Shown here: positions 11,071 to 25,100 of the stretch, piece by piece | Position numbering within the stretch: the first letter of the stretch is position 1 | Layout of the letters: each line of letters starts with the position of its first letter | Assembly (NCBI GenBank): GCA_950097015.1 | Contig: CATNEN010000038.1 | Span: 2,852,001-2,916,000, forward strand | DNA from: Macrostomum hystrix | Lineage: Eukaryota > Animalia > Platyhelminthes | Length of the DNA: 64,000 nt | Direction of reading: 5' to 3' | Notes under the pieces: generated by a model | The model's input: only the letters and a program-made list of their open reading frames with translations | The model's database searches: none | What the model was told of the DNA's origin: nothing | Program-made: the position numbers and the translations under genes

Positions 11071-12199
11071 CTGAAAAAAAAGTTTGTATCCTTATGGCAG
11101 AAACTGCTAAATCCATTTCTAATCTTTATGAACTTTTCATTTAAAATTAATTATCATCTTGGAAACCTTTGCAATGCATTAAAAAAGTTTTAATATTTTT
11201 TTACTTTTTATTAACAAAGACAAACCTTCAGAGCATCAGGCAGGTCAAAATTCAAGACTGTAATACACTAGCTATAGGTTGGATTTGGCACATGGGCCAT
11301 ACTTTGCCAACCCCTGCACTAGGCCTAGCTAGATTTATTTTGTTCAATGATAGCAACTGAAAGGTTATGATAAATTAATTTGATGATGATATCATAAATT
11401 TAATGTCTACATTTTTATTAAATATGATATACAAAGGGCTGGGCCCTAATGTTTACTTTTATAGTTAATTATTCAACATACGATATTTTAAAATTTTCAA
11501 GCCTATTTATTGATAATTCTTGACAACAGTAAGCTATAAAAATATATAAATACTTGATGCTTCAAATTTAAGAAAAAAATCAATCCTATAGAACTGCTTA
11601 TTAATATTTTCACTGTATTTCAATTCTCATATATAATTTATAAAGGCAATAAGTACAATAAAGTTAAACAAATTAATAGTTTAACCCATATAAGCAGCTA
11701 GGCCTATTGGTTTGTAAGAGTTCCTTACAACATCAATATGCCTATGTAATATTAAAACTTGTGTACTAATATGGCCCTTTAGAATGTTAACAATCCCTTA
11801 GTTTCACACAATTATTTTAGGAGAAAATACCTTTCTTATATTAGCTAGGTACCACAAGTAAATAATAAAAGCCAATCTTTCAAATATGCCTAATGTTGCA
11901 GTTTGTGGCTATGTCTATGGCCAAAACCAAAGAGAAAAGGAGGGGTAAACAGTGGGAGGAAAAGTGGAAATTTCATTCTTGCTTTACCCTTGCCTTGTTT
12001 GTCTTTTGCAGCATTCTTTTCTGGGTAGCTCACTACCACACTTGCTAAGGGCACTGCTATGACATCTGAGTGGTTTGTTTTTTGCTGTTTGTTGGTTGGG
12101 GTGTGGCTTTGTGGGGTAGAATTAAGTCTGATACTAAATTGTAAGTCTGATACTACTTTCAAGTTTCATGTTGTTGCCATGCATCTACATCCATTATAG

Positions 12200-13050
12200 A
12201 TCCCAGCCGCATTAATTTTTTAAACTCATTCCTTAGACATTTCGCATGCAATAATTATTCTGGCGCTTGGTTTAATCCCTGAAAAAAATCTGAAAAAAGT
12301 CGCCATTTGTGGCGACGACGAATAATATCTTATATTTACCCTGCAAAGTAAAATAATGACTACATGCACGTCACACATCATACAACAACAGTTAGCCGCA
12401 CAACAAACATGACGATGACAGGAACATATTTTGCAATTCTGTATGGTACATTTTTCGTTGATTGTTGTCATTGATAACATGAATAATCATTTTTACGTTC
12501 ACCGCATAATAAGAATCAACTAAAGTACACACTTCACGATGTAGTAATTTAAATGGTTCGATTTTCTGTCTGCTTCTAAGAAGTCATATAAAAACAAACA
12601 GACACAACTTTTTTTACACCTCCTAAAATAATTATTTTTCTTGCATTTATATAGTAATACATAAAAAATAACATATATATCAAACGATTTCTACATCCAT
12701 CTCAGACTTTTTAAAGTTCCAGTTTCGAAGAAAAAACTTTAACTTGTGTAGGACGAACAACAACGAATCAGACGCATCTCTCAGTGTGCTGTCTAGAAAA
12801 GTCCTGACAAAATTTTGCCGCATTTGAAGCTGCATTTCAAAAGTAGGCCTAGGAAAATTTTAAATCAAGCTTTATTTAGCCTTTTTTCTCTTTTTATTGT
12901 TCAGCCAACTGTTACGTGCCTTGTTAAATTGAATCTAGTTTAAGTCAAACGCCAATAATATTCCTAGGGGCTACTTCCTTGTAATGCAATTATAATTAAA
13001 CTAAATTCACGATATTTCAACTTGGATTTGTGTAAAGAAACTGTTCTTTA
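12200..13050. promoter_or_regulatory. Putative bidirectional promoter between HGH1 and MYPT1
   Basis: Divergent gene pair; AT-rich segment that retains more than 20 CpGs, flanked on both sides by nearly CpG-free DNA. Confidence 0.45.
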
Positions 13051-13105
13051 GACCAATATTCTGGTAAATTACATGTTTAATTTTAGAATTCAAATAATAT
13101 AAATA

Positions 13106-16100
13106 ATGGATCGGCCTAAGTTTGAGTCTGGTGCCTTGACAAAGAATGTTCAAAGTAGACGTGATCAAATTCGTTCGTGGGAGTCATCTGAAACCAACAA
13201 GGCTACATCTAAAATGCGAAATCAGCAAAAAGTAAAGTTTCGTTTTGAAGTTGCCTTTCTTGCTGCATGTAGTTCATCTGATTTTGATGAAATTACAAGG
13301 TTGTTACAGGAAGAAAAGGTTGATATTAACACTAGCAATGTAGATGGCCTTACTGCTCTACACCAGGTAATAGGAATGGATTGTTATTTTTCACATTTTC
13401 TTCATTTTGTCATTTTACTTAAAAAGTGCCAGAATGTATATTTTTTGCTGAAGCATGTAACTAACTTATATTTTCACTTCTGTGAAAAAATATTGTAGCA
13501 ATATCATGCTTAACTTCAGTTACTAACTTTTAATTAGTAGGCCCAAACGTAGCAAAAGAAGTAAGAAACTATAGTTAGTTACTTATACCATGATGTCATT
13601 AGGTAGAAGACCTTTAAAGTGTTTCTTCAGCAACTATATATATTGCATTCAATAGCCTTAATAGTTTTAAGCATTATAAGTCGTTTTTAGTTTATTTATT
13701 ACTCAAGCCATAGTTTGTGTATCTACTTGGATTTTTATAAAATTCTATCTAAGTACATTCAATTAGCTTCTTATCTGATGTGTCATTCCCAATAAATATA
13801 TTTTTTGTATTGGCTAGCTCTTTATTTTAACTAAAAATGCTCTTATTTTAAACTGTTTAGCTTCTAAAAGTTCTAATTAGCCAGCAAGAGTTGTCATCAA
13901 GATAAACCTTTGATTTTTCAGTGGAAATATATGAGTAACAAAATGACTATAGTGTAGTCAAAATACCCTGGAGATATGATAGAATGATCTAATGTGTTTG
14001 CCTCTCACACTTAAGCAAAGGTCCCTAAGCTCAATTCTGAAGAAGGTTTGGGGCTTGTGCCCTCGAGGGCCAACTTCTAAAGTATATACTGCTTGACAAT
14101 CAGAATGTCAGCATAGATATATATATTTTTTATAAGCATGTGCCAGTGTACAGTATCCATGGGTGTATATAAAGGAGTCAGCTAAATAATCAGATTTGCC
14201 TCTATGCTAGCTATAAGTTGTGTCAGAAAATAATGGCCATTGCATGAAGCCTTACTACAATTATAGTAATATTGTTTTGCTAATCCTAATTTTTATAAAG
14301 ATAATTCTACTTTGTCATAGGTTAGTTCAAATCTAACAAGAAAGTTTTTTTAATAAGTAATTCAAAAAAACTGGAGAATAATATTTCAGGAGTTTTAATG
14401 TTTTTAAATGGCCTTTACAGCCTCATAATAATGATTTAAATCTAAAAACAAATTTGTCCCTTATAAACAGCAATGGCTTTTCAGGCTTAAACTGTTCTTA
14501 CAAATAGAGATTGAATGAATTTAAGAATTTTTGTAATCCAAAAAAAACTATTATTCAGATTCACCTTTTACTGAATACCAAATCTGGATAACAAATATTT
14601 GTTCCAACTCTGCTTATAAACAAAAAGGGCATCCTTTATAATCTTGGAAATGTTTAAATGCTGTACTTAGCTACTCTTGCTAAGGATATACTTATGTTTT
14701 ATCATACATAAACTCTAATATTGTCTGTTCTATAATTGTTTCAACAATTAGTGCAATAAAGAGTTTGAATTATTATTATTTTTCCTATAACTTTGATACA
14801 TTAACACCACTAGTAAGAAAAAGCATAGAAATAAAATGTTAATTGGCTAATGACTGAAAACTAAAGCAGATTGCAGTATTTAAACATATCTTTTGTGAGC
14901 GACTTACATACAGCTTGTTTGTCACCTAATTTGTCACCTAAAGAAGATACCAGTTAAGCATGTTAAGCTGCGATTTGAGTCAAACCATTGGACTGTCAGT
15001 TTCTAAGTTCCTCATAACCCTCTTCTCATAATAAGGCCTGCATTGACAACAAACTTGAGCTTGTCCGCTTCCTCTGCGAGCATGGCGCAGATCTGCACGC
15101 CCGCGACAAGGAGGGCTGGACGCCCTTGCACGCCACGGCTCTGGGAGGCCACACCGAGATCGCCAAATATTTGCTGAAGCGCGGCGCCTCCCTCACAGCC
15201 GCCAACAGTGACGGCGATTTGCCTCGCGACGTAGCCGAAAGATCCGAGATGCGCAACCTTCTGCGCACCGGCCTGACCGAGGTGGAGGAAACCGCCGCCA
15301 GGGACGCCGAGGCGGCCGCCCTGCTCGCCGACGCCACCGAATGGCAGCGTGCCGGCCGCTACAATGACATCCGCGATCCAGTAGCCAACGCTGGCCCGTT
15401 GCATGTGGCAGCAGCCAAAGGCTATCAGCGTGCCCTAGCCATCCTGTTGCAGTGCCCCGGAGCGCCTCTAGAAGCTGTCGACAATGACGGCTGGACGGCG
15501 TTGCACGCTGCGGCTCACTGGGGCCAAGCGGAGGCCTGCCAGCTACTGGTTCGACATGGCGCCAACATGGACGCTCTCACCAATGCTGTGAGTGCTTTGC
15601 TGCTTTTCTATACAGAATTTGCCTTGCTTGAGTCTTTTTCATTGCTCTCCTTGGTCATCTGCTGTACACTTGTTGGTCATCTGTTAGCCTTCTTGGTCAT
15701 CTGTTAGCCTTCTTGGTCATCTGCTAGCCTTCTTGGTCATCTGTTAGCCTTCTTGGTCATCTGCTAGCCTTCTTGGTCATCTGCTAGCCTTCTTGGTCAT
15801 CTGTTAGCCTTCTTGGTCATCTGTTAGCCTTCTTGGTCATCTGTTAGCCTTCTTGGTCATCTGCTAGCCTTCTTGGTCATCTGTTAGCCTTCTTGGTCAT
15901 CTGTTAGCCTTCTTGGTCATCTGTTAGCCTTCTTGGTCATCTGCTAGCCTTCTTGGTCATCTGTTAGCCTTCTTGGTCATCTGTTAGCCTTCTTAGTCAT
16001 CTGCTAGTCTTCTTGGTCATCTGCTAGCCTTCTTAGTCATCTGCTAGTCTTCTTGGTCATCTGCCACCCTGGTGATTTCTTACTTGTCACCTGACTAGCT

Positions 16101-19100
16101 TTAATTAAAGCCACAATCCAACAATCTAACCATTTAAGAATCAAACAGTCTTTGATCTAGCAGACGATTCAGTTAAGCAGTTGCTTCATGAATTAAAGAG
16201 CAAACAACGAGAGGTAAGCCAAAATCTGTCATATACTTTGCTCTCTACTGATAGTCAGTAATCAGTAGTCTGATACGCATATGAGAAAGATGTCATATCA
16301 TAATTATTTGTGAAACTTTCGCAGCTGATGCGGGAGCAGGTGATTAAACGGCCAGCCCCGGTGATCTCAAACCTGAAAGTGGAAGAAGGCAGGGGACACT
16401 CCATGAGGCGGTGAGTTGTTGCTTAATTTTGTTACAATCGGCTCCAGAAATTGCTAGCTAGGAATGAAATCTAAACCTAAGTGCTTCAGTTAACTTACGT
16501 CAAGTGCTGATGTTCTCTGAATTTCAGTAGCGAATCCCTGCCGCAGAGTCAGTGCGGAGCCGTGATTCCGCTAAAGAAGTGCGGAGCCATGCACTCATTT
16601 TCAGATCGCTTTCAATCAGTTGCTTAACTTTGATTTGAGATCAAGTTTTTTTTATTTATTGACGAAATCATTTGGTGCTCTTTATCGCATTGTTTCGAAT
16701 CGTTGATTTTTATTGCTCTGTTTGATCTGATAAATTATTGCTAGGTGCAATCCTTACTACTAACTAGCACTTGAGTAGTGTAGTAAGAAAATATTCGAAT
16801 CGGATAATCTACAGCATGGTGTAAAATCTTGAGTAGCAAATTCTCGTCAGTTAAATAGCATGTTCTTATCTGCCTACTTGTAAGTAGACAAGTAGTGAGT
16901 TGGCCGCTCAAATTTCAGTTTTTCAGTTCAAAAAGACCCGCCATTTCAACCCTGCCTGAATTCGTCAACCTATTCAGGAGTTCCGTGACCCGCCTGCCCC
17001 AGTCGGAGCGGCACGATCTCACGCAGAAGGGCGCCGAGCAGGAGAAGCACCCGGAGAAGCTCCTGCTCGGTGTCGGCGGCACGGCGCCAGGAAAATCGTT
17101 GCCGCCGACATCAGCAACGACAGCTGCTGCCGTGGCATCGTCAGGCAGATCGCCGCTGGCCTCAAGCGAGTCGCTCAGCTCAGATGACGAACTGCGCCAG
17201 GCGCAGGCGGTGAAGTCGGCGACACAGCAGCAGCGTCCAACTCCGTCTCCGCCATCCTTTGTCGTCACGACGACCTCGGAATCGTCGACTCCGCCTGTTT
17301 CAACTGCAACGTCGGCAGCGAGTTCAGCATTGTCAGCAGCTAAGCGTCGCGTGGAGATCATCCCGGCCACGCCTGCGCCCGCTGCGCAGTCGGTGACTGG
17401 GGACTCGGCCTCTGAACAGCAGCCTTCAGCTTCGAAGAGTAAAGTTCGCGTGAGTGTTAAAGCATTATTTGTGTAATTGGCCCAATAGGGGCAGGTGTAA
17501 TCAATGTAATCAATTATTCAGATTAAATAATTGTTCTTGAATATCTCAGGGTTAAAAGACAAGCAATTACTGTCCCTATTTTAAACTGCCTCGTTAATCG
17601 CAGGCCACACCTATTCAAACTGTGCCGGAGGATGTAAGTGTGCTCAAACACTACTCAAGCCTTTACTTATTCGCCTTCAATATTGTTTTCAGCTCTAGCT
17701 GGTAGAGTTTCACAAACTTAGTCTGTACTGTATGAAAGCTTTTGGCAATGAAACTGAGTGTATCTACCTAGTCTAGCCCGTGACCCAATGTCTGGTTTGC
17801 ATGCGAACTGGTGTCACTAAGCAATGCACTTTTATATTCTTCTTATTGTGCTTTTCTCTATTCTTAAGTTGGACAAGTGGTTAAAGCTTGAAGTGGAGTT
17901 TTGATTTGCATGTTATAAGGGGATTCGATTTAAAGTTTTTCTATTTATCATATTTATCACATGGGTGGGACAATTATGGATGGGTCAAGTGATTGAAGAT
18001 TTAGATTAGTTGAATGAATATTAGGATTTCAAGGTATCAGGTAGTGAGATTAGTGATTATTTAAAGGATTAGAGACTAACTGACAGATTAGGGACCGAGT
18101 GTAAGGATTGGGATTAAATGTACGGATTAGGATCTTATATTGGATTAGGGATTAAGTAGTAGGATTAAAGATGAAGTGGTGGATCAGGTAGTGAGATTAG
18201 TGATTATTTAAAGGATTAGAGACTAACTGACAGATTAGGGACCGAGCGTAAGGATTAGGATCTTATATTGGATTAGGGATTAAGTAGTAGGATTAAAGAT
18301 AAAGTGGTGGATCAGGTAGTGAGATTAGTGATTATTTAAAGGATTAGAGACTAACTGACAAATTAGGGACCGAGTGTAAGGATTAGGATCTTATATTGGA
18401 TTAGGGATTAAGTAGTAGGATTAAAGATAAAGTGGTGGATCAGGTAGTGAGATTAGTGATTATTTAAAGGATTAGAGACTAACTGACAGATTAGGGACCG
18501 AGTGTAAGGATTAGGATCTTATATTGGATTAGGGATTAAGTAGTAGGTTTAAAGATACAGTGGTGGATCAGGTAGTGAGATTAGTGATTATTTAAAGGAT
18601 TAGAGACTAACTGACAAATTAGGGACCGAGTGTAAGGATTAGGATCTTATATTGGATTAGGGATTAAGTAGTAGGATTAAAGATAAAGTGGTGGATCAGG
18701 TAGTGAGATTAGTGATTATTTAAAGGATTAGAGACTAACTGACAGATTAGGGACCGAGTGTAAGGATTAGGATCTTATATTGGATTAGGGATTAAGTAGT
18801 AGGATTAAAGATAAAGTGGTGGATCAGGTATTTGATATTAAAGTTTCAGGATTTGAGTAAATAGTTTAATGATTAGCGAAATTATTAAGGGATTAAGGCA
18901 ATAGGGTTGGGGTTTAGGTTGTTGGCTTAAGGTTGGAGCGAGGGAAATGTGTTAATTAAGGTTTCATTTGATTTTTTTGTTTTTAATGGTTCTTAGTTGA
19001 ATAAAGTTTTTTAAATAGAATAAAATTTTAGTTTTAATTTCAAATTTTTGTTGCTTTCTAAAAAGTTAAGCTTAATAATGCGAAATCGGCATGTCAAAGT

Positions 19101-22100
19101 ACATTTCCTCTGTAGCCAATACACCTCTAGCGCTAGAGCCTGTTTGTGATATTGTAACAATAAAATAGTTATAAAACTGCATTTTTACGAATGTTAACCA
19201 GCTTAAATTTCATTCCTTGGTTGTTATTATTGTTGTCCAAACTGTATTTCACAGGGATTTTTTATTGAAAAAGTTTTCTGTAAACAGTTATTCGACTCTT
19301 ATCGCTTCTAGACAAGCGTTTTTCTAAAAAATGTAATCCCTTTTCTCGATTAGCTTGCTCGTTAGTTCTGCTGGTTGCTTTTTGCTCTTTGGAATCTACT
19401 CGTGACTTCGATCCCAATTCAAATTATCCCCTAAGCATCTCAATCCCTATTAATCCCATACGTATCTCAATCCCTAGTAATCCCTTACGTATCTCCATCC
19501 CTAGTAATCCCTTACGTATCTCAATCCCTATTAATCCCATACGTATCTCCATCCCTAGTAATCCCTTACGTATCTCAATCCCTAGTAATCCCATACGTAT
19601 CTCCATCCCTAGTAATCCCTTACGTATCTCCATCCCTAGTAATCCCTTACATATCTCCATCCCTAGTAATCCCTTACGTATCTCCATCCCTAGTAATCCC
19701 TTACGTATCTCCATCCCTAGTAATCCCTTACGTATCTCCATCCCTATTAATCCCATACGTATCTCCATCCCTAGTAATCCCTTACGTATCTCAATCCCTA
19801 GTAATCCCATACGTATCTCCATCCCTAGTAATCCCTTACGTATCTCCATCCCTAGTAATCCCTTACGTATCTCCATCCCTAGTAATCCCATACGTATCTC
19901 CATCCCTAGTAATCCCATACGTATCTCCATCCCTAGTAATCCCATACGTATCTCCATCCCTAGTAATCCCTTACGTATCTCCATCCCTAGTAATCCCATA
20001 CGTATCTCCATCCCTAGTAATCCCTTACGTATCTCCATCCCTATTAATCCCATACGTATCTCAATCCCTAGTAATCCCATACGTATCTCCATCCCTAGTA
20101 ATCCCTTACGTATCTCCATCCCTAGTAATCGATTGCGTATCTCCATCCCTAGTAATCCCATACGTATCTCCATCCCTAGTAATCCCTTACGTATCTCCAT
20201 CCCTAGTAATCCCATACGTATCTCCATCCCTAGTAATCCCTTACGTATCTCCATCCCTAGTAATCCCATACGTATCTCTATCCCTAGTAATCCCATACGT
20301 ATCTCCATCCCTAGTAATCCCATACGTATCTCTATCCCTAGTAATCCCATACGTATCTCCATCCCTAGTAATCCCATACGTATCTCTATCCCTAGTAATC
20401 CCATACGTATCTCAATCCCTAGTAATCCCATACGTATCTCTATCCCTAGTAATCCCATACGTATCTCTATCCCTAGTAATCCCATACGTATCTCCATCCC
20501 TAGTAATCCCATACGTATCTCCATCCCTAGTAATCCCTTACGTATCTCCATCCCTAGTAATCCCATACGTATCTCTATCCCTAGTAATCCCATACGTATC
20601 TCCATCCCTAGTAATCCCATACGTATCTCTATCCCTAGTAATCCCATACGTATCTCCATCCCTAGTAATCCCATACGTATCTCTATCCCTAGTAATCCCA
20701 TACGTATCTCCATCCCTAGTAATCCCTTACGTATCTCCATCCCTAGTAATCCCTTACGTATCTCCATCCCTATTAATCCCATACGTATCTCCATCCCTAG
20801 TAATCCCTTACGTATCTCAATCCCTAGTAATCCCATACGTATCTCCATCCCTAGTAATCCCTTACGTATCTCCATCCCTAGTAATCCCTTACGTATCTCC
20901 ATCCCTAGTAATCCCATACGTATCTCCATCCCTAGTAATCCCATACGTATCTCCATCCCTAGTAATCCCATACGTATCTCCATCCCTAGTAATCCCTTAC
21001 GTATCTCCATCCCTAGTAATCCCATACGTATCTCCATCCCTAGTAATCCCATACGTATCTCTATCCCTAGTAATCCCATACGTATCTCTATCCCTAGTAA
21101 TCCCATACGTATCTCCATCCCTAGTAATCCCATACGTATCTCCATCCCTAGTAATCCCTTACGTATCTCCATCCCTAGTAATCCCATACGTATCTCTATC
21201 CCTAGTAATCCCATACGTATCTCCATCCCTAGTAATCCCATACGTATCTCTATCCCTAGTAATCCCATACGTATCTCCATCCCTAGTAATCCCATACGTA
21301 TCTCTATCCCTAGTAATCCCATACGTATCTCCATCCCTAGTAATCCCTTACGTATCTCCATCCCTAGTAATCCCTTACGTATCTCCATCCCTATTAATCC
21401 CATACGTATCTCCATCCCTAGTAATCCCTTACGTATCTCAATCCCTAGTAATCCCATACGTATCTCCATCCCTAGTAATCCCTTACGTATCTCCATCCCT
21501 AGTAATCCCTTACGTATCTCCATCCCTAGTAATCCCATACGTATCTCCATCCCTAGTAATCCCATACGTATCTCCATCCCTAGTAATCCCATACGTATCT
21601 CCATCCCTAGTAATCCCTTACGTATCTCCATCCCTAGTAATCCCATACGTATCTCCATCCCTAGTAATCCCTTACGTATCTCCATCCCTATTAATCCCAT
21701 ACGTATCTCAATCCCTAGTAATCCCATACGTATCTCCATCCCTAGTAATCCCTTACGTATCTCCATCCCTAGTAATCCCATACGTATCTCCATCCCTAGT
21801 AATCCCATACGTATCTCCATCCCTAGTAATCGATTGCGTATCTCAACCCTTAGTAATCCCATACGTATCTCCATCCCTAGTAATCCCTTACGTATCTCCA
21901 TCCCTATTAATCCCATACGTATCTCCATCCCTAGTAATCGATTGCGTATCTCAACCCTTAGTAATCCCATACGTATCTCCATCCCTAGTAATCCCTTACG
22001 TATCTCCATCCCTATTAATCCCATACGTATCTCCATCCCTAGTAATCGATTGCGTATCTCAACCCTTAGTAATCCATACGTATCTCCATCCCTAGTAATC

Positions 22101-25100
22101 CCTTACGTATCTCCATCCCTATTAATCCCATACGTATCTCCATCCCTAGTAATCCCATACGTATCTCCATCCCTATTAATCCCATACGTATCTCCATCCC
22201 TAGTAATCGATTGCGTATCTCAACCCTTAGTAATCCCATACGTATCTCCATCCCTAGTAATCCCTTACGTATCTCCATCCCTATTAATCCCATACGTATC
22301 TCCATCCCTAGTAATCGATTGCGTATCTCAACCCTTAGTAATCCCATACGTATCTCCATCCCTAGTAATCCCATACGTATCTCAATCCCTAGTAATCCCT
22401 TACGTATCTCCATCCCTAGTAATCCCTTACGTATCTCAATCCCTAGTAATCCCTTACGTATCTCCATCCCTATTAATCCCATACGTATCTCTATCCCTAG
22501 TAATCCCTTACGTATCTCCATCCCTAGTAATCCCTTACGTATCTCCATCCCTAGTAATCCCTTACGTATCTCAATCCCTAGTAATCCCATACGTATCTCT
22601 ATCCCTATTAATCCCATACGTATCTCCATCCCTAGTAATCCCATACGTATCTCCATCCCTAGTAATCCCATACGTATCTCCATCCCTATTAATCCCATAC
22701 GTATCTCCATCCCTAGTAATCCCTGACGTATCTCCATCCCTAGTAATCCCTTACGTATCTCCATCCCTAGTAATCCCATACGTATCTCCATCCCTAGTAA
22801 TCCCATACGTATCTCCATCCCTAGTAATCCCATACGTATCTCCATCCCTAGTAATCCCTTACGTATCTCCATCCCTAGTAATCCCATACGTATCTCCATC
22901 CCTAGTAATCCCTTACGTATCTCCATCCCTATTAATCCCTTACGTATCTCAATCCCTAGTAATCCCTTACGTATCTCAATCCCTATTAATCCCATACGTA
23001 TCTCAATCCCTAGTAATCCCATACGTATCTCAATCCCTAGTAATCCCATACGTATCTCCATCCCTAGTAATCCCTTACGTATCTCCATCCCTAGTAATCC
23101 CATACGTATCTCCATCCCTAGTAATCCCATACGTATCTCCATCCCTAGTAATCCCATACGTATCTCCATCCCTAGTAATCCCATACGTATCTCCATCCCT
23201 AGTAATCCCATACGTATCTCCATCCCTAGTAATCCCTTACGTATCTCCATCCCTAGTAATCCCATACGTATCTCCATCCCTAGTAATCCCATACGTATCT
23301 CAATCCCTAGTAATCCCATACGTATCTCCTATCCCTAGTAATCCCATACGTATCTCCATCCCTAGTAATCCCATACGTATCTCCATCCCTAGTAATCCCA
23401 TACGTATCTCCATCCCTAGTAATCCCATACGTATCTCCATCCCTAGTAATCCCCTTACGTATCTCAATCCCTATTAATCCCATTACGTATCTCTATCCCT
23501 AGTAATCCCTTACGTATCTCAATCCCTAGTAATCCCTTACGTATCTCTATCCCTAGTAATCCCTTACAGTATCTCCATCCCTAGTAATCCCCTTACATAT
23601 CTCCATCCCTAGTAATCCCTTACGTATCTCCATCCCTAGTAATCCCATACGTATCTCAATCCCTAGTAATCCCATACGTATCTCCATCCCTAGTAATCGA
23701 TTGCGTATCTCCATCCCTAGTAATCCCTTACGTATCTCAATCCCTAGTAATCCCTTACGTATCTCCATCCCTAGTAATCCCATACGTATCTCCATCCCTA
23801 GTAATCCCTTACGTATCTCCATCCCTAGTAATCCCATACGTATCTCCATCCCTAGTAATCCCTTACGTATCTCCATCCCTATTAATCCCATACGTATCTC
23901 AATCCCTAGTAATCCCATACGTATCTCCATCCCTAGTAATCCCTTACGTATCTCCATCCCTAGTAATCGATTGCGTATCTCCATCCCTAGTAATCCCATA
24001 CGTATCTCCATCCCTATTAATCCCATACGTATCTCCATCCCTAGTAATCCCTTACGTATCTCCATCCCTAGTAATCCCTTACGTATCTCCATCCCTAGTA
24101 ATCCCATACGTATCTCCATCCCTAGTAATCCCATACGTATCTCCATCCCTAGTAATCCCATACGTATCTCCATCCCTAGTAATCCCTTACGTATCTCCAT
24201 CCCTAGTAATCCCATACGTATCTCCATCCCTAGTAATCCCTTACGTATCTCCATCCCTATTAATCCCATACGTATCTCCATCCCTAGTAATCCCTTACGT
24301 ATCTCTATCCCTATTAATCCCATACGTATCTCAATCCCTAGTAATCCCATACGTATCTCAATCCCTAGTAATCCCATACGTATCTCCATCCCTAGTAATC
24401 CCATACGTATCTCAATCCCTAGTAATCCCATACGTATCTCTATCCCTAGTAATCCCATACGTATCTCAATCCCTAGTAATCCCATACGTATCTCCATCCC
24501 TAGTAATCCCATACGTATCTCAATCCCTAGTAATCCCATACGTATCTCCATCCCTAGTAATCCCTTACGTATCTCAATCCCTATTAATCCCATACGTATC
24601 TCTATCCCTAGTAATCCCTTACGTATCTCAATCCCTAGTAATCCCTTACGTATCTCTATCCCTAGTAATCCCTTACATATCTCCATCCCTAGTAATCCCT
24701 TACATATCTCCATCCCTAGTAATCCCTTACGTATCTCCATCCCTAGTAATCCCATACGTATCTCAATCCCTAGTAATCCCATACGTATCTCCATCCCTAG
24801 TAATCGATTGCGTATCTCCATCCCTAGTAATCCCTTACGTATCTCAATCCCTAGTAATCCCTTACGTATCTCCATCCCTAGTAATCCCTTACGTATCTCA
24901 ATCCCTAGTAATCCCATACGTATCTCAATCCCTATTAATCCCATACGTATCTCCATCCCTAGTAATCCCTTACGCATCTCCATCCCTAGTAATCCCATAC
25001 GTATCTCAATCCCTATTAATCCCATACGTATCTCAATCCCTATTAATCCCATACGTATCTCCATCCCTATTAATCCCATACGTATCTCCATCCCTAGTAA

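Noticed and set aside
11890-12480. Short minus-strand ORFs upstream of HGH1
   Set aside because: No recognisable homology, low complexity, and no convincing splice link to the HGH1 exon.
18036-18830. Interstitial telomere (TTAGGG present)
   Set aside because: Isolated TTAGGG hexamers within a 128-bp unit, not a tandem telomeric tract.
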